Below are positions 13,316-25,675 of a stretch of 64,000 nt of DNA, one piece after another. The notes below the pieces were generated by a model, which saw only the letters and a program-made list of their open reading frames with translations, ran no database searches and was not told the origin of the DNA. How positions within the stretch are numbered: position 1 is the first letter of the stretch; every line of letters begins with the position of its first letter. Source of the stretch: Schizochytrium sp. TIO01 (taxonomy: Eukaryota; Protista; Bigyra: Labyrinthulomycetes); NCBI GenBank assembly GCA_004764695.1, contig SMSO01000007.1, positions 1,054,001 through 1,118,000 on the forward strand. The letters run 5' to 3'. Both the position numbers and the translations under genes were made by a program.

Positions 13316-14167
13316 TATTTTGACCACAGTCCCCTCGTGATTTGACGTGTACAAGGCTGCTGGCTCGAGAAAAAATGATTCTTCCTGATGATGAACTACT
13401 CTGCTCACCTCCTTGATCTTTATTTACAACATATTGATAAATTGATCAAATAGAGGAGGAAAATACACCAGAATATCAGGCATTAGGAATGGCGAGTTCT
13501 CCCAGCAACTCGAGCTCTAGTTACATCCTCCGCAATTTCTTTAAATAAGATTTAGAAAAGAGTTTATTATGATTTCTGAAGATTTGACCGAAGTGGTAGC
13601 ATCAAATTTAACTCACCACTTCTCGGTCTCTGAGTGGGAATTCTACTGGCCAAGTCTGAACTCCCTTTATACTAAATAAAGAGCTGGCTTATAGCTCCAT
13701 GGAATAACTCTCAACATCGAATTCACAAACTCGATGATCCGATGTTTGTTTTGGAGAGAGTTATTACGAGGAAGTTAAATTTAAATTTCTAGTAGTAACT
13801 CTGAAAGAAACACTACAAGAAAGAACCACGCTTCTCCAAGTGCCGACCTAGTTTTATAGGGGTTATAGACATGAGTTTAGTCTAAATGTTCAACGAATAC
13901 GGAGGGGGAGGCCAGTGTTTGAATTTGGAGTACCTTGGTACTTTTCGTTTCACTCTATTTTCTGTTCCTGCAGTATATGTAGGTCGTTTTCTTTTCTCAT
14001 TTCAAGAACTTAAAAGTAGCAAACATAATATGTAATCTCTATAAAATCTTATCTAGGTCTACGGTAATACCAATGCATGGATGTCGCCTGTGTTTTAACT
14101 TTAGATGGTTACCTCATGACTCAAAGGATTGCCTTGAATGAAAATAAAAGTGACAAATGAGATCACT

Positions 14168-16506
14168 TCAAAGTTCTCCACCCTTCCTCTGAGATGAATC
14201 ATTACTGCTATTGCTATTCTGAAGTCGACGGAGGGCAGTTAGACGCGCAGATCTACGACGCAGAGCAGCTTCAGCAAAGCGAGAAGAAGTACTGGCGCCA
14301 GCTACTGTATCAGTAGCAGATCGAGGTCTATCAGTTTCAGATTGAGCGCGGGGGAAATTCGGCTGCCTTCTTTTATTTCCAACGCGTCTAACTATAGGCG
14401 TCACACGCGTTAAAGTGGTGCGGTTACGAGTTCCTGCAGAAAAGAGGGATTCAGCTGGTTGTAAATCTTGAGCGCCATCGAGCAAAGACAGTGGTTGCGA
14501 AAAACTGAAATTAGGTCCCACGAGATCTTCTGTGAGCAGTGGAGTAATCCTTTCTAAGAGGCTGTCCCGAATGCTCTCAGAAACACTTGATTCCCAGTAG
14601 TTGCGCAAGCGATTTGCACGAAGCTTCTGCCAAGCAGCCTTGACCATTTCACGTTCTCCCTGAATGGTATCGAACATACCAAGCATATTATCTCGACGTG
14701 TAGAGTGCCGACCGCCGCACATTCCCGTGTGCATATGAATAGGACTATCTGGAATTGCGAGACACCAGGCACAAAACTCACAACCGCACACACATGTAAT
14801 GGCAGGACACCCAGAGAATTCATCGAAAACAAGTCCGCATCGAGGACAAAATATGCAAAGCATACGATTCTCGATGTAATGGACATGTTCATCCAGAGTG
14901 GAGGGTTGTTGATCTTCCAAAGTAATGTTGCGGCGATCTTGTTGATATCTGCGATAGTGGTTGTTTGTTCTGTCACGTTCGTTCATATGCATAGGACGTC
15001 TTCTGCGCGCTTCTATGCCAAGATGCATGGCAAGTCCATCCCCATGGTCGTATCTACCGTCACCAAGTCCCGCCAGAAATCCTGTATGAGGTATTATATG
15101 CTGACGTAATTGTTCGGCTAATCTGAGGGTAGTCGCATGGGATCTTTGAACCTCATCAAAAGTTTGTCTTTGCAAGGCATGCGAGCGCTGCTCTGCATCG
15201 TCAACGGCAAGAGATACAGTCAGATCTATGAAAGTCAACAGATTCTCACGAGGCAACACCATGACAATTCTATTCTTTGGTAGTCTCTCCTGACACATTT
15301 CTCCCAAACAGCGCATGCTGCCATGGAAGTCAAACTCAACATGTGTACCAGGCTGGTTTGCAACACGTAAAGCATGTCCAACGCAGTCCCCGCATGTGCG
15401 ATGGCCTCGACAACACGTCAGAGAGCAAGAGTCATCTGATTGTGTAAGACAGATTACGCACGTACGCGTACGTCCCGACGTTTCTCCTGGTTTCGATGCG
15501 AGGGCGCACGTTTGTCCTCGCAGCATTTGTCTTATTTGTAATAGTTTGATGCGTTCCCCAACAACATCTTCGCTGTTGTTCCTGTAACTATTCAACTGAA
15601 TAATTGATTCTAAACGTTGTTGTAAATCCTGATTGACACGATCAAGATCTAGTCTATGACTCGCTCGCAATTCTTGCACAAGTTAGTTTGAGATTCGAAT
15701 GTTGGATAGGCTAAGCGCTCAACTTACATGACAGTTCTCAGTGAGATCCCATGTTCCTCAATACTGTCAATCAGCTCTCGGGCTGCGCTTTCAGAGTACT
15801 TGTTTCCATTCAGTCTTTTTGAAGCAGATCATTAATTACATTTAATATATCCTGGTTAGCTGCAGCTGTTCATATGAGTTTTACGAAGACAATAGAAGGA
15901 ACGTACTGGAGTTCTGTTAGAAACATCAGTTGCGGAATAACAGATCTTATAGATTGCAGACCAGCATCACCAATCATGTTGTTATTAAGGCTATACTCAT
16001 CCGATCATTATTTGTTGTTAGTTTTTGTAAATGTAGTAGTCAGTTGGTAGGTACAATAGACTTACTTGATTACCTCAAAGAAAGCCTCTGCGTTCGAACG
16101 CAGGGCATTGCAGAGGCTTGCTGCGCCAGCATCAGTGATGCGATTACCTGACAAGCTAATTAAGACAACAAAGTGTATAATGAGATGTGAGTCAACGCCT
16201 CGTAAGAAGATCATTTGCCTTCGTAACAAGTTATTCATTGGCAGAAACTTACTTTATGAACTTGATCGCACGACTTGATGTAATCGCAGGAATGATTTTA
16301 TGAATATCCTCATCCGTGATATCTAAGTTTTGCAACCTGCACAGTTAGCTCGAAACAGTCACTAAGTTAGTCATATGTAGTGCACAAATTAGCTTTCAAC
16401 CTGTTTAAGGCCTAGTTCGCAATAACGCTGGGCCCTGAACGTACTGGAGCTCGTTGTAACCGTGCTGAAGGCCGTCTATGGCTTGTTGAATACGGGCTTG
16501 TGACAT
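14168..16506 (-). CDS. Spliced LRR(RI-type x4)-RING-RING2(Rcat-like) protein, putative RBR-related E3 ligase
   Basis: Exons (minus): 16506-16445 (MSQARIQQAIDGLQHGYNEL), 16336-16253 (84 nt, LQNLDITDEDIHKIIPAITSSRAIKFI), 16155-16066 (90 nt, LSGNRITDAGAASLCNALRSNAEAFFEVI), 15990-15907 (84 nt, LNNNMIGDAGLQSIRSVIPQLMFLTEL), 15814-15728 (87 nt, LNGNKYSESAARELIDSIEEHGISLRTV), 15653-14168. All introns GT-AG and phase 2. Last exon has RING CVIC..C..H..C..C and CPRC..FSGCPAITCVCGCEFCAWCL. Confidence 0.88.
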
Positions 16507-17181
16507 TGTTTCTGACGCTGCTTTGGAAACCTTGCAATCGCAGATGCGGGCGTTGTTGTTCGTCCTTCGGGAGCCGACTATTTGCAGTGCTTGCGTTCGT
16601 GCACAGTCAGTCGTCGTTGGCCGAGACGGTGCGCGTCTGAGAAAGTCTGCCTGAGGACTCTACCTTCGATTGGTTTCGGATTTGCTGAGCTTTCTTTCCC
16701 AGTTCTCAGCTTTCTCTGATTTTGGGCCTACTTATGAGTTTTCCTACTAGTATACTCCTTAGTTTACCTTCCTCTAGATGATACCTATAGAAGTGTTAAC
16801 ATTGGTTATTTTTAATTTCTAAAGAAAAGTAGTATTTAATGAAGGTACCTAGATACCTACGTATTAGTACTAGCACTTTTATGTCACCTCTGAGCTTTTT
16901 TCAAATTTTATTTTTTCAAATTTTATTTTTTAATATCCTGTATCATACATATGAGTTATATATGAATGTAAAGCAAGAAATAAATGTATATGATTGTTTT
17001 TAATCAATGTCAGAAGTAAATTAAAAAGTGTATTAATTATGCTACTATATAGGTTTCTTTTCTACTTTAAGAGTGCTAAAAAATTCGTGATCCTTGGCAG
17101 AGAATGAGGATCGAGGCAAATCGAAGCGCTCAGAGTACGTTGACCCTAGGGTAACCGCGGGGATTCTGATGTCGAGTTTGT

Positions 17182-17183
17182 GA

Positions 17184-17251
<68 letters not shown>

Positions 17252-17252
17252 A
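17182..17252 (+). repeat. (GAAA)n microsatellite
   Basis: Read directly from the sequence. Confidence 0.97.
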
Positions 17253-17477
17253 GACCTTATTAAAGGGCTAATATATACCCTAATATTAATTCGAAGCGGA
17301 TTGGGGTTTTTGATTTATTTTAATGGATAGATGTCATTCTATAATGCCTTCACCAACGCTCTGAGGGACACTTTTCTCACTCTCTCTCCTTTTCTCCTTT
17401 AAAAAACAAGGGCTCTCAGAGGCTGAATACTTTATTTATTATTAAAATTAATGTAGGTCCTACTAGCTCCAAACTAA

Positions 17478-17922
17478 CCTGCATATAGTTGTGTGTTGCA
17501 CCTATCCAAGCTTGGATGGGATATTACTAATAAGATAAGCTTTTCAGAAGAGGGGGTACATAAGGGTCTTGACGCATTATCACCGCAGGTAAAAGAACTC
17601 GCCTAGCACTGAGCAACATACATGTCTTGCCTGCATATAGTTGTGTGTTGCACCTATCCAAGCTTGGATGGGATATTACTAATAAGATAAGCTTTTCAGA
17701 AGAGGGGTACATAAGGGTCTTGACGCATTATCACCGCAGGTAAAAGAACTCGCCTAGCACTGATGTCTTGCCTGCATATAGTTGTGTGTTGCACCTATCC
17801 AAGCTTGGATGGGATATTACTAATAAGATAAGCTTTTCAGAAGAGGGGGTACATAAGGGTCTTGACGCATTATCACCGCAGGTAAAAGAACTCGCCTAGC
17901 ACTGAGCAACATACATGTCTTG
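17478..17922 (+). repeat. Tandem repeat, 3 copies of a ~152-bp unit (second copy 141 bp)
   Basis: Units start CCTGCATATAGTTGTG at 17478, 17630 and 17771; each contains the palindrome ATCCAAGCTTGGAT. Confidence 0.95.
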
Positions 17923-19611
17923 GTACAAAATAAAACAAGCACGGGGCAAGGAATATGGAGAAAATAATATGGTGAGCAGCTTTTGGTTAGGTGGCACACT
18001 TGTCCTCAGTCGGTTTTTAATATGCTGCAGCGGGTTTTATCTGAAACCTGCGATCTAGCGAGCTTGCACTACTAGTAGTAGATACCTCTAGAGGTACAGG
18101 TAACCATATTACTAGTATACTCTTAAAGGTGTGAAGTACACCCGTCCAAGTCTGGATGTTCATATAAAGTATAATGTAGGTACACTAGTAATGGGTCAGT
18201 ATGGAAATCTTTGCATTTGGGATAGCACGCAGCCATCCAAGCTTGGAGTAGTATGTTCTTCAAAATAGAAGTTTATACTATGAATCATGTTCCGCCCGCG
18301 TTCTCGGTTGCTTTCACTGAGAGTACATGTCTGGAATGACATATTATATGCAAGGATGGAAATACCATATACTCAGTTGAAGTCATCTGATGTAATTAAT
18401 TTTTTGACGTGTAATAAAAAACGGGACCTAAATAAAATTCCATCTCGAAAATTGGAAAAACTTGCTGAGCATCAGATTAGCTAAACTGGATTGGAATTGG
18501 TATCTTCTTGAGAAACAGCAGTAATCTCATTCTTGTTGCTGCACAACAACTGAGAGCTAAATAAAATAGCTAACATAGCATTCGTGGTAAATGCCGCAAT
18601 GGGAAACAGAAATTGTATTTTCCAGAGCTTGAAGTAGCAGTTTGAGAAGTATGGATCCAATTCACTGTGGACTACTACCAATTCAGATTAGAAAACGGTC
18701 TCATTAGTTTGAGATGAGTGTAAGTAACATCCAGTCTTGCAGATTGTGATATTTGTAATCACTCATCGAAATCAAAATCATGCATTCTCGTAATTTCCAT
18801 CTTCCAAGACCTAAAGCATGCAAACGCGAAAGCAAGAAGTATAACATAAGTGTATCTTTCCAACACTGTTGCCTTTACGATCTGAATGTTTTATAGAACA
18901 GAATTGTGTCTATGTCATCGATAAAACAGGTCACTAATCCTACGCATGTTCTGAGAATTAAGTATGTCTTTACTCGAGCCTTGACCTAAGCAAAACTATT
19001 CTAAACTCTTAGCGCTACCTATCAAAAGCAGAGAGGCATCTTAATTTCGCCAACCCTTCACAATTGCTTGGGTGGAGGTGGGAACTCATAAAAATAGGTC
19101 ACATTGCCTTTGATAGTCTATCATAAGTAGCGACATGTACTCAGCCATGAAATCGTTGATCTTCACATGTAAAAGGAACATGATATGAAAAATACCAGGT
19201 AGTAGTCCTAATAGCAGCTAACCTAGGCAACTAGTAATAGCAAAGGAGGCACAGAAACGGAGTCAAAACACTTTTGCTAGAGCAGAACAGGCAGTCGACA
19301 AAACACTGAGATAGCAACGAGCCCTATTCCTGTGTCGTCAACCCCTTCTCCCCCCCTTGCATATACTGGTGTATGGACTGGTATACGTCTCCCGTAGAAA
19401 GAAACCCGAGAAGGGCTGATAAATCTGCTGGTTTCGTTAAGCTCCGTTCGCGTCATAGAGGAAAGCAAAACTTGTGCGCGCAGATCAGGGAACAACTACA
19501 GAGAATCCGCCTCCAAAAACGTCTAGGGCAACCTTTTGCACGATAGCAACAGATACAACTGCCTCTATAGCGTACAAACAACAAGAGGAGCTATATCTAA
19601 GACTACTAAAA

Positions 19612-21003
19612 ATGGTCCGCGTAAATTCGCTTGGAGAGGCCCTCGAGGTTATTCATAACAAAAGTGCTGAAGAAGCAGTGTACGTTTTCCCTTTTTTCTT
19701 GTAATTTGGATTTTCGGATAGGGAAAGCTTCCTCTAAAATTATGGTAACAGTCTTCAATTTGTGGAACTTGACGTCGAGGAAATGCAAGAACTTGCATCG
19801 CTTCTTGAAAAGGAAAAATTATTGAAAAGCCTATGGTACGTTCTCTTTCTCGCACGTAGATGTCTCATCTAAGCAAACCAAAGCGGGTTCATTGATTTGT
19901 ATCATCGAGAATAAGCTAACTTTAAATTTATTGGAATATCACATCATAGCCTCTCCCATATCAGTATGGGTCCAGAAGGTGGGCGTGTGCTTGCAAATGC
20001 CCTAAAAGCGAACGCCTCCCTGGAAACACTAAACCGAGTTCCCTTTTGAGGTGTCTCACTACTGTGTGACAGCTAACCAAGTGATAATCAACGTGTATTG
20101 ATATGGTCTTTTTTAGATTATGGAGCAACGATCTCAGCCTGCGCGGCTTATGCGCAGTTGCTGACGTCTTGCGAGTGAATACTTCATTGAAACCCCTGAG
20201 GTAAGCAGAAGGCGATCGTGTATTCAGAGATTCGCATTCCTCAAATTGGCTACTCACTTGCCCTATGAAATATATGCGCTTACTCTACCACTTTCAGCAT
20301 TGCAGATGACCCTGTCTGTGCTGAAAGTGCAGTCGCACTTGCAAATGCATTGCGTGATAATACAACGCTGCAGTCTTTCGCGTAAGTTCAACTCCAGCGT
20401 GAAATGTGCAATAGCCCTTTACTTACTTTTCAAAACAGTGTTTGGAGCAACGAGCTTGGGGCCGAATCAGCAATCAAGATTGCTGAAGTCATACAGTTCA
20501 ATTCAGTCCTGATAGATTTAAAGTAAGTACTTGATGCCCCCTTGTTATTCTACGGATCACTAACAGTAGCCCATGTATGGTCTTTGATGTGTTCATCATG
20601 CAGCCTTTCCCGAGATGAGCCTTGGGCCCAGGGACGCAGAAGTCATTGCAGGAGCTTTTAAACTAGATAGATCTCTGCTCAGCCTTGAGTAAGTTTTATC
20701 GTGAAGGGATTTTGGGTTTTCCACCTGACTAACCCAAGACTAATCTCTATATGTCGCTCTTTATTTACTAGTATATCATGGAACAATATCGGCAACGAAG
20801 GCACCAATGAGCTTGCAAAAGCCTTGGCAGAAAACGCCTCGTTGAAGTCTTTACAAGGCGCATAGATGACTCTATTGAATTTTTGGCATGGGAAAATGCG
20901 CAAACTATTTGCTAACCTATTTATCGTACAATGGAATTACTTCGAGCGGCGGATGTGCTCTTGCACAGGCATTGCGGATTAATACAGGATCAGAAATTTT
21001 GGT
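19612..21003 (+). pseudogene. Degenerate LRR gene: start exon plus eight single-LRR exons
   Basis: Exon 19612-19679 (MVRVNSLGEALEVIHNKSAEEA), then LRR exons 19752-19835, 19950-20033 (donor CC instead of GT), 20117-20200 (LWSNDLSLRGLCAVADVLRVNTSLKPL), 20298-20381, 20439-20522, 20604-20688 (85 nt, frameshift), 20772-20855 (ISWNNIGNEGTNELAKALAENASLKSL, donor lost), 20920-21003 (acceptor lost). Confidence 0.85.
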
Positions 21004-21927
21004 GTACGTTTTGAGCAAGCACATATGCATGGTTGAATTCTCCTCATCACTTTGCGTGTCGTTGCTCTGTTTGATTCTACAAGCACTTTGAATAATAAAT
21101 TGCAGAGCTGTAGCCTTTTGCCTTTTGGAGATTGGTTGGGTCAACTTGTGGCAAATATATGGTTCTCTGTATAAAAGTCCGTCGATTTATTGCTAGTAGT
21201 AGATCTGAATATATGGCTTAGGAAAGTGAAGGAGGAAACCACTTTGTGAGGGTATAAATAAGCAGAAGAACCTGGCAGACTCATTACAGCGTCCTACAGT
21301 GGTTGGAATGCAAAAGCTTTTGGTCAGAGCTTGCTACTTATATATGTTCTATTGTGTAATATTACATAGACTAAAACAAAGATTATATCCTATTTCGAAG
21401 TAATGTTCAGCTAGGTGCCTTACCCTACCTCAATTTAAACTAACCTAACTCTACAGCCCGACACTCTTTGCCTCAACATGGTACATTCATCCTAGAACAT
21501 CAAGAACCAAGTCTCATCCTTTTTACTTTCACCTTCGTCGACAGGCTTCACTTCATTACTTCATCTGAGTTCGCCATTTTCTTGTCAGACTACCTATGTA
21601 CACTCTACTACACAAGCTAATATGCAATAACCTGTTAAAGAGTACGTAACGATTTCGGAGAAAGTGTTGTGTCTGTGATACTACACTGGTCCTACGTTTA
21701 ATGAAGTCCTTGTGCAAAATTAGAAAAGCGCAAAACTCCACAACCTTCGTGTCGTAGTGTCCAAAGATTGATGGGAGCGTGTGCGAGGAAGTTGCGTATC
21801 CCAGGCTCTCTGATGGTAGATTGGAGCAGCGATCAGATGCCCGAAAATATAAATTGGTTGCAAGGAGGTGTAAAGAAATGGAAACAAATCGCCAGATTTA
21901 GAGTTGCAGAGATTCGTTTATTTTTAA

Positions 21928-24900
21928 TTATTCCAATCTAAAATCTGCGCCGACAATATCTGGTGTTAGCAAAGGTGACAATAAGTCTTTCAAAACGAGT
22001 CGAAGATTTCTATCCTGAATTTGTGCATTCCAGTACTCACGCAGACGTTCTGCGCGGAGCAACTGCCACTCCTCACGAACCTGCTCAAATGAATCAGGGT
22101 AAAATATATCCTGCCCAAGTCTTCTTGAACAGGTTCTCACATGAGCATGGCAAACAACTTCATCCTGAGAACTATACCCAAGACACCAAGCGCAGAAGAG
22201 GTGTCCACAAGCATTATTACCACATTTTACAGCGCAGCAACCATCAAATTCGTGTACATAAGCCTTACAGTTCGGACAACATGTGCTCAAGATCTTCTCT
22301 TGAATATGCAGTAAATGCCGCCGTGCGTCACTATTTTGTTCTTCTGCACGTACAACTTCCGCTATGCGCCTTTGGATCTCTTTCTCAGCCCAAACTGCTG
22401 CCTCACTTTCTGCCTTCATCTTCGCAATCAACAAAAGATGAGTCAAGGCAGTTGATGCAAGACGGGTGATTTCTTGACCTGATATTTTCCCACTACATTC
22501 AGGTTTCATGCATGCCATTGTTCCATCAGCATCCACTCTGACGTTAGCAAGTGGTTGTGCCGCCGCTTCTACTGCAGATTCGATACAGCCTCTGCAAAGG
22601 AAGTCCCCCTCCTCGCAGCTCGTGCCCTCAGAAAGCCGATGCTTCTCGAAACATACAAGACATTCCTTGAGAGGGTTTTCAGGAGCTCCAAAAGCTTCAT
22701 GTTGGAGTGCTTGGCGAGCGCTTGGACGTTGACTTGGGTCTGTCGCGGTAAGAGCCTCGATAAGTGTCTGCATTGCAGCAGTCCGTTCAGTGGGATACAA
22801 CTCTTTTAAGCTTATGCCCACAGAGTACATGTCCATTGCTGTTTCAAACCTATGTACAGGCCCATTCTGCAACTCAGGGGCAATGTACCGTGGCGTTGCC
22901 TGAAGTGATGTGTATGTTGCAGTGTAGTTTGCAACCTTGATGCCGTCAAAGTCACCGATCAATGGTGTTATGTTGCTTGTGAGGAAAATGTTTTCTGGTT
23001 TGATGTCACAATGCACAATGCCGTGGGCATGTAAATCCGCCACACCGACAAGCAGGCCCACAGCAAGTCGGTCACGTGCTTCTTTGCCTTCGTTAGGATG
23101 ACTCTCAATCCACTTGGCAAGGTCACCTTGCTCGTAGAAAGGCATGACAATACAACCACGTGGCTCTCCATTAGAGGTATCCACAAAAGCACCAGTGATA
23201 CGTATCACGTGATGAGACTCCACTTTGCCCAGATTGGCAACTTGTTTGTAGAAAGTTTTAGATTGACTTAGATGCCCAAGCTGAAACTCTTTGAGAACCA
23301 TAGTTTTTCCAACGTTGTCAAGAACCTTTTGGACTTTCTTGCCACCTCTAAAGGATAGGGGCTCACCGACACGCTGAAAGTCCGAAACTGTCACATTCGT
23401 CAACCAAAGGTCAGAACATGCTACTTCAAAAACACCCTCTGCAGCTACGTGAAGCTTTTCTAGCCAAGCTCTATCCTGCAACAACTCAGGATAATGTTCC
23501 TGCGCGTGTTGCAGAGTTTCAGCAAGCTTATGACGAAAAACTTTGCTAAGCTCGATAGGGTTGCCTTTAGAGAGATTGCGCTTCTGTTTCTTGATTCGAT
23601 TTCTAAAGAGCTTTCGTTCTTCCTCATCCAAGTCCTCAGCGTCGACATCTTCTCTAGCTCTTTTTAATCTCTCTGTCGCTTTCCTCGACTTGTCAAGTTT
23701 CTGGTATAATTTCTCAACATCTAAGACGGAAGGTTCTTTCAAACCCAGTAATGCATAGTCATACAGTTCAGAGAGCTCTTTGGATGTGCACTTGCTCGCT
23801 TCATTTAACACAGTGTTTTCACAGTATGATTCGAAACGAGCGAATGTTGAACTTATTGCGCAAAGTATCTTAGATAAGTGGGCACTAAGTGTATCTCCTT
23901 GTAGCACTTCAATCTCTTCTTGAAGAGCACGCTCAAGCTCAGATAATTCGGGCCCGAGATTCATGGCCTGCTCAGGTATCCTAAGAGCAACCCATAATCC
24001 ATCACCAAGTTCTAGCTCAGACAATCGAGAGACGACGCATTTTGCAGCTTGTTGGCTTCGTTCGCCAATGTTGTTTGGTCGGCCATCTCCATTTCTCTTG
24101 TATCCTTCGACGCATTGGACAGCCCGAGCAACAAGTTCTTGGCAGTGTTTGAAGTCATCTGTGCTGGTCTCTTCAGTAACCGGTGCAAGGTCGATCTTTA
24201 AATCGTGTACCAAACTTTCAATTCTCATTTTGAAATCGCGGACTACATCCTCATCACTTTCGCAGAGGTTTGCGCGAACCCATGGGTACACGACCTGCAT
24301 AAGTGAACGTAGGCGGTCTCGTTCAGCATTCCGCTTTTCGATGAGACTGGGCAAGTCATTTGCAGAGCTTGCACGAATCTGGCCTTGTAGTGCATCAAGA
24401 CACTGTTTGGAGTTCTTGATGTCAGCGGAGACCTGTCGCAACTTCACTTGGCCAAAGTAGCCCTGGATCGCCGGTCCTACGAATATCTCAAGCAAGGCAA
24501 TCCCAGTCTGCAAGGAATTTCCTCTGACCCCGCCTCGGTCCGCGCGCAAGTCCGAGACTTTCTTGGCAAGCTGCACCACATCAGCGAAACTCACGCTCGC
24601 TCCATCCGGCCGTTCTCTGAGGCGAACAAGAAGACGTAAGTAAACGAGCAAAACGATGGTGAAGCAGCAGCAAAAGCAGAAGCAAAAGTTAGTATCCCCT
24701 ACATCTTAATAACACAATTCGTGAAATGAATGATTACACGATCCCAAACAAAGATTAACCGCATGAACTTACCCGAATCCATCCAAAGTAGCAAGCCCGG
24801 CGTCATTAATGCCATCTTGCTCGTTCTTGGGCTCTGCAGAAGGGTCGTTCTCTCTGCAAACACAGGGATCGGTGTCTGAAGAGGAATCGGCAATGTCGTC

Positions 24901-25675
24901 TCCAGGAGGACATACCGTTTCGAACAATTCTTTAGGGGTTCCAGAAAAATTGTCATAGCTGCATTTTGTAAACGAATGAACGAATGAAAGAGAATAAAAG
25001 CGCTTGTTAGAAAAACGATGAACGCATCTAAAGACGGCCTCGCAAGTCCATGGAGACACGGAGACAACCATAGAAGGCAAGGCTCTGCGCAAGCTGGGAA
25101 TAGCAGCACAGGGAACGGAACTTACTAGATTGCAACAGAAGGACATGCTTTGTGCAGATACTTTGCGACGGCTTTTGCGCCCTCTGAGCCAATGTTGTTA
25201 CTATAAAGACTGTGAGTATAAATAAATCATTTTTGTTCATTCGTTGTCAGGAAAGATAGCTCCAGTCAGTGATTCGGTTGATCCCCTTTTCTTTTCTATT
25301 ACAAAATGTTGCCTCATTAAAATAATCACCTCTCCTTCTGCTGCTGCCTATCTTATTCTATAGATATACTGCGGAATAGATTTCCTTCTTCTCTTTCTAA
25401 AAAAGAAAAGAGTTCTTTGCCTTTCTAAACTACCCAACTACGTAGGTAGTGTACGAGCAGTGCTTTCCTTTTTTTTTTTTCTAAACCCTACTAAAAGACC
25501 AACCACTCAAAAGAAAGTAAGATAGAAAGAAAAAGAGGGACCGTAGTACTACCTATTATATAGCTTTCCGTGGATGATTCCACAAACGTACACCAACGTT
25601 TGAAGGTTATTGCAACCTTCGAGTGCCTTTGCGACGGCCTTTGCGCCCTCATTGCTAATGTTGTTGTCTCCAATA
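21928..25675 (-). CDS. Spliced LRR-coiled-coil-Ser/Thr kinase-RING-RING2(Rcat-like) protein; no start exon found nearby
   Basis: Exons (minus): 25675-25592 (LRR IGDNNISNEGAKAVAKALEGCNNLQTL), 25209-25126 (LRR LYSNNIGSEGAKAVAKYLHKACPSVAI), 24958-24773, 24616-21928; all phase-2 GT-AG joins keep the frame. Kinase: VLKEF, HCDIKPENIF, GDFDG, YIAPE, DMYSVG. C-terminus: CLVC RING and CPNC..FDGCCAVKC..C..FCAWCL. Confidence 0.88.

Noticed and set aside
25481-25490. CTAAACCCTA resembling a telomeric repeat inside the LRR intron
   Set aside because: A single unit only, not an array.
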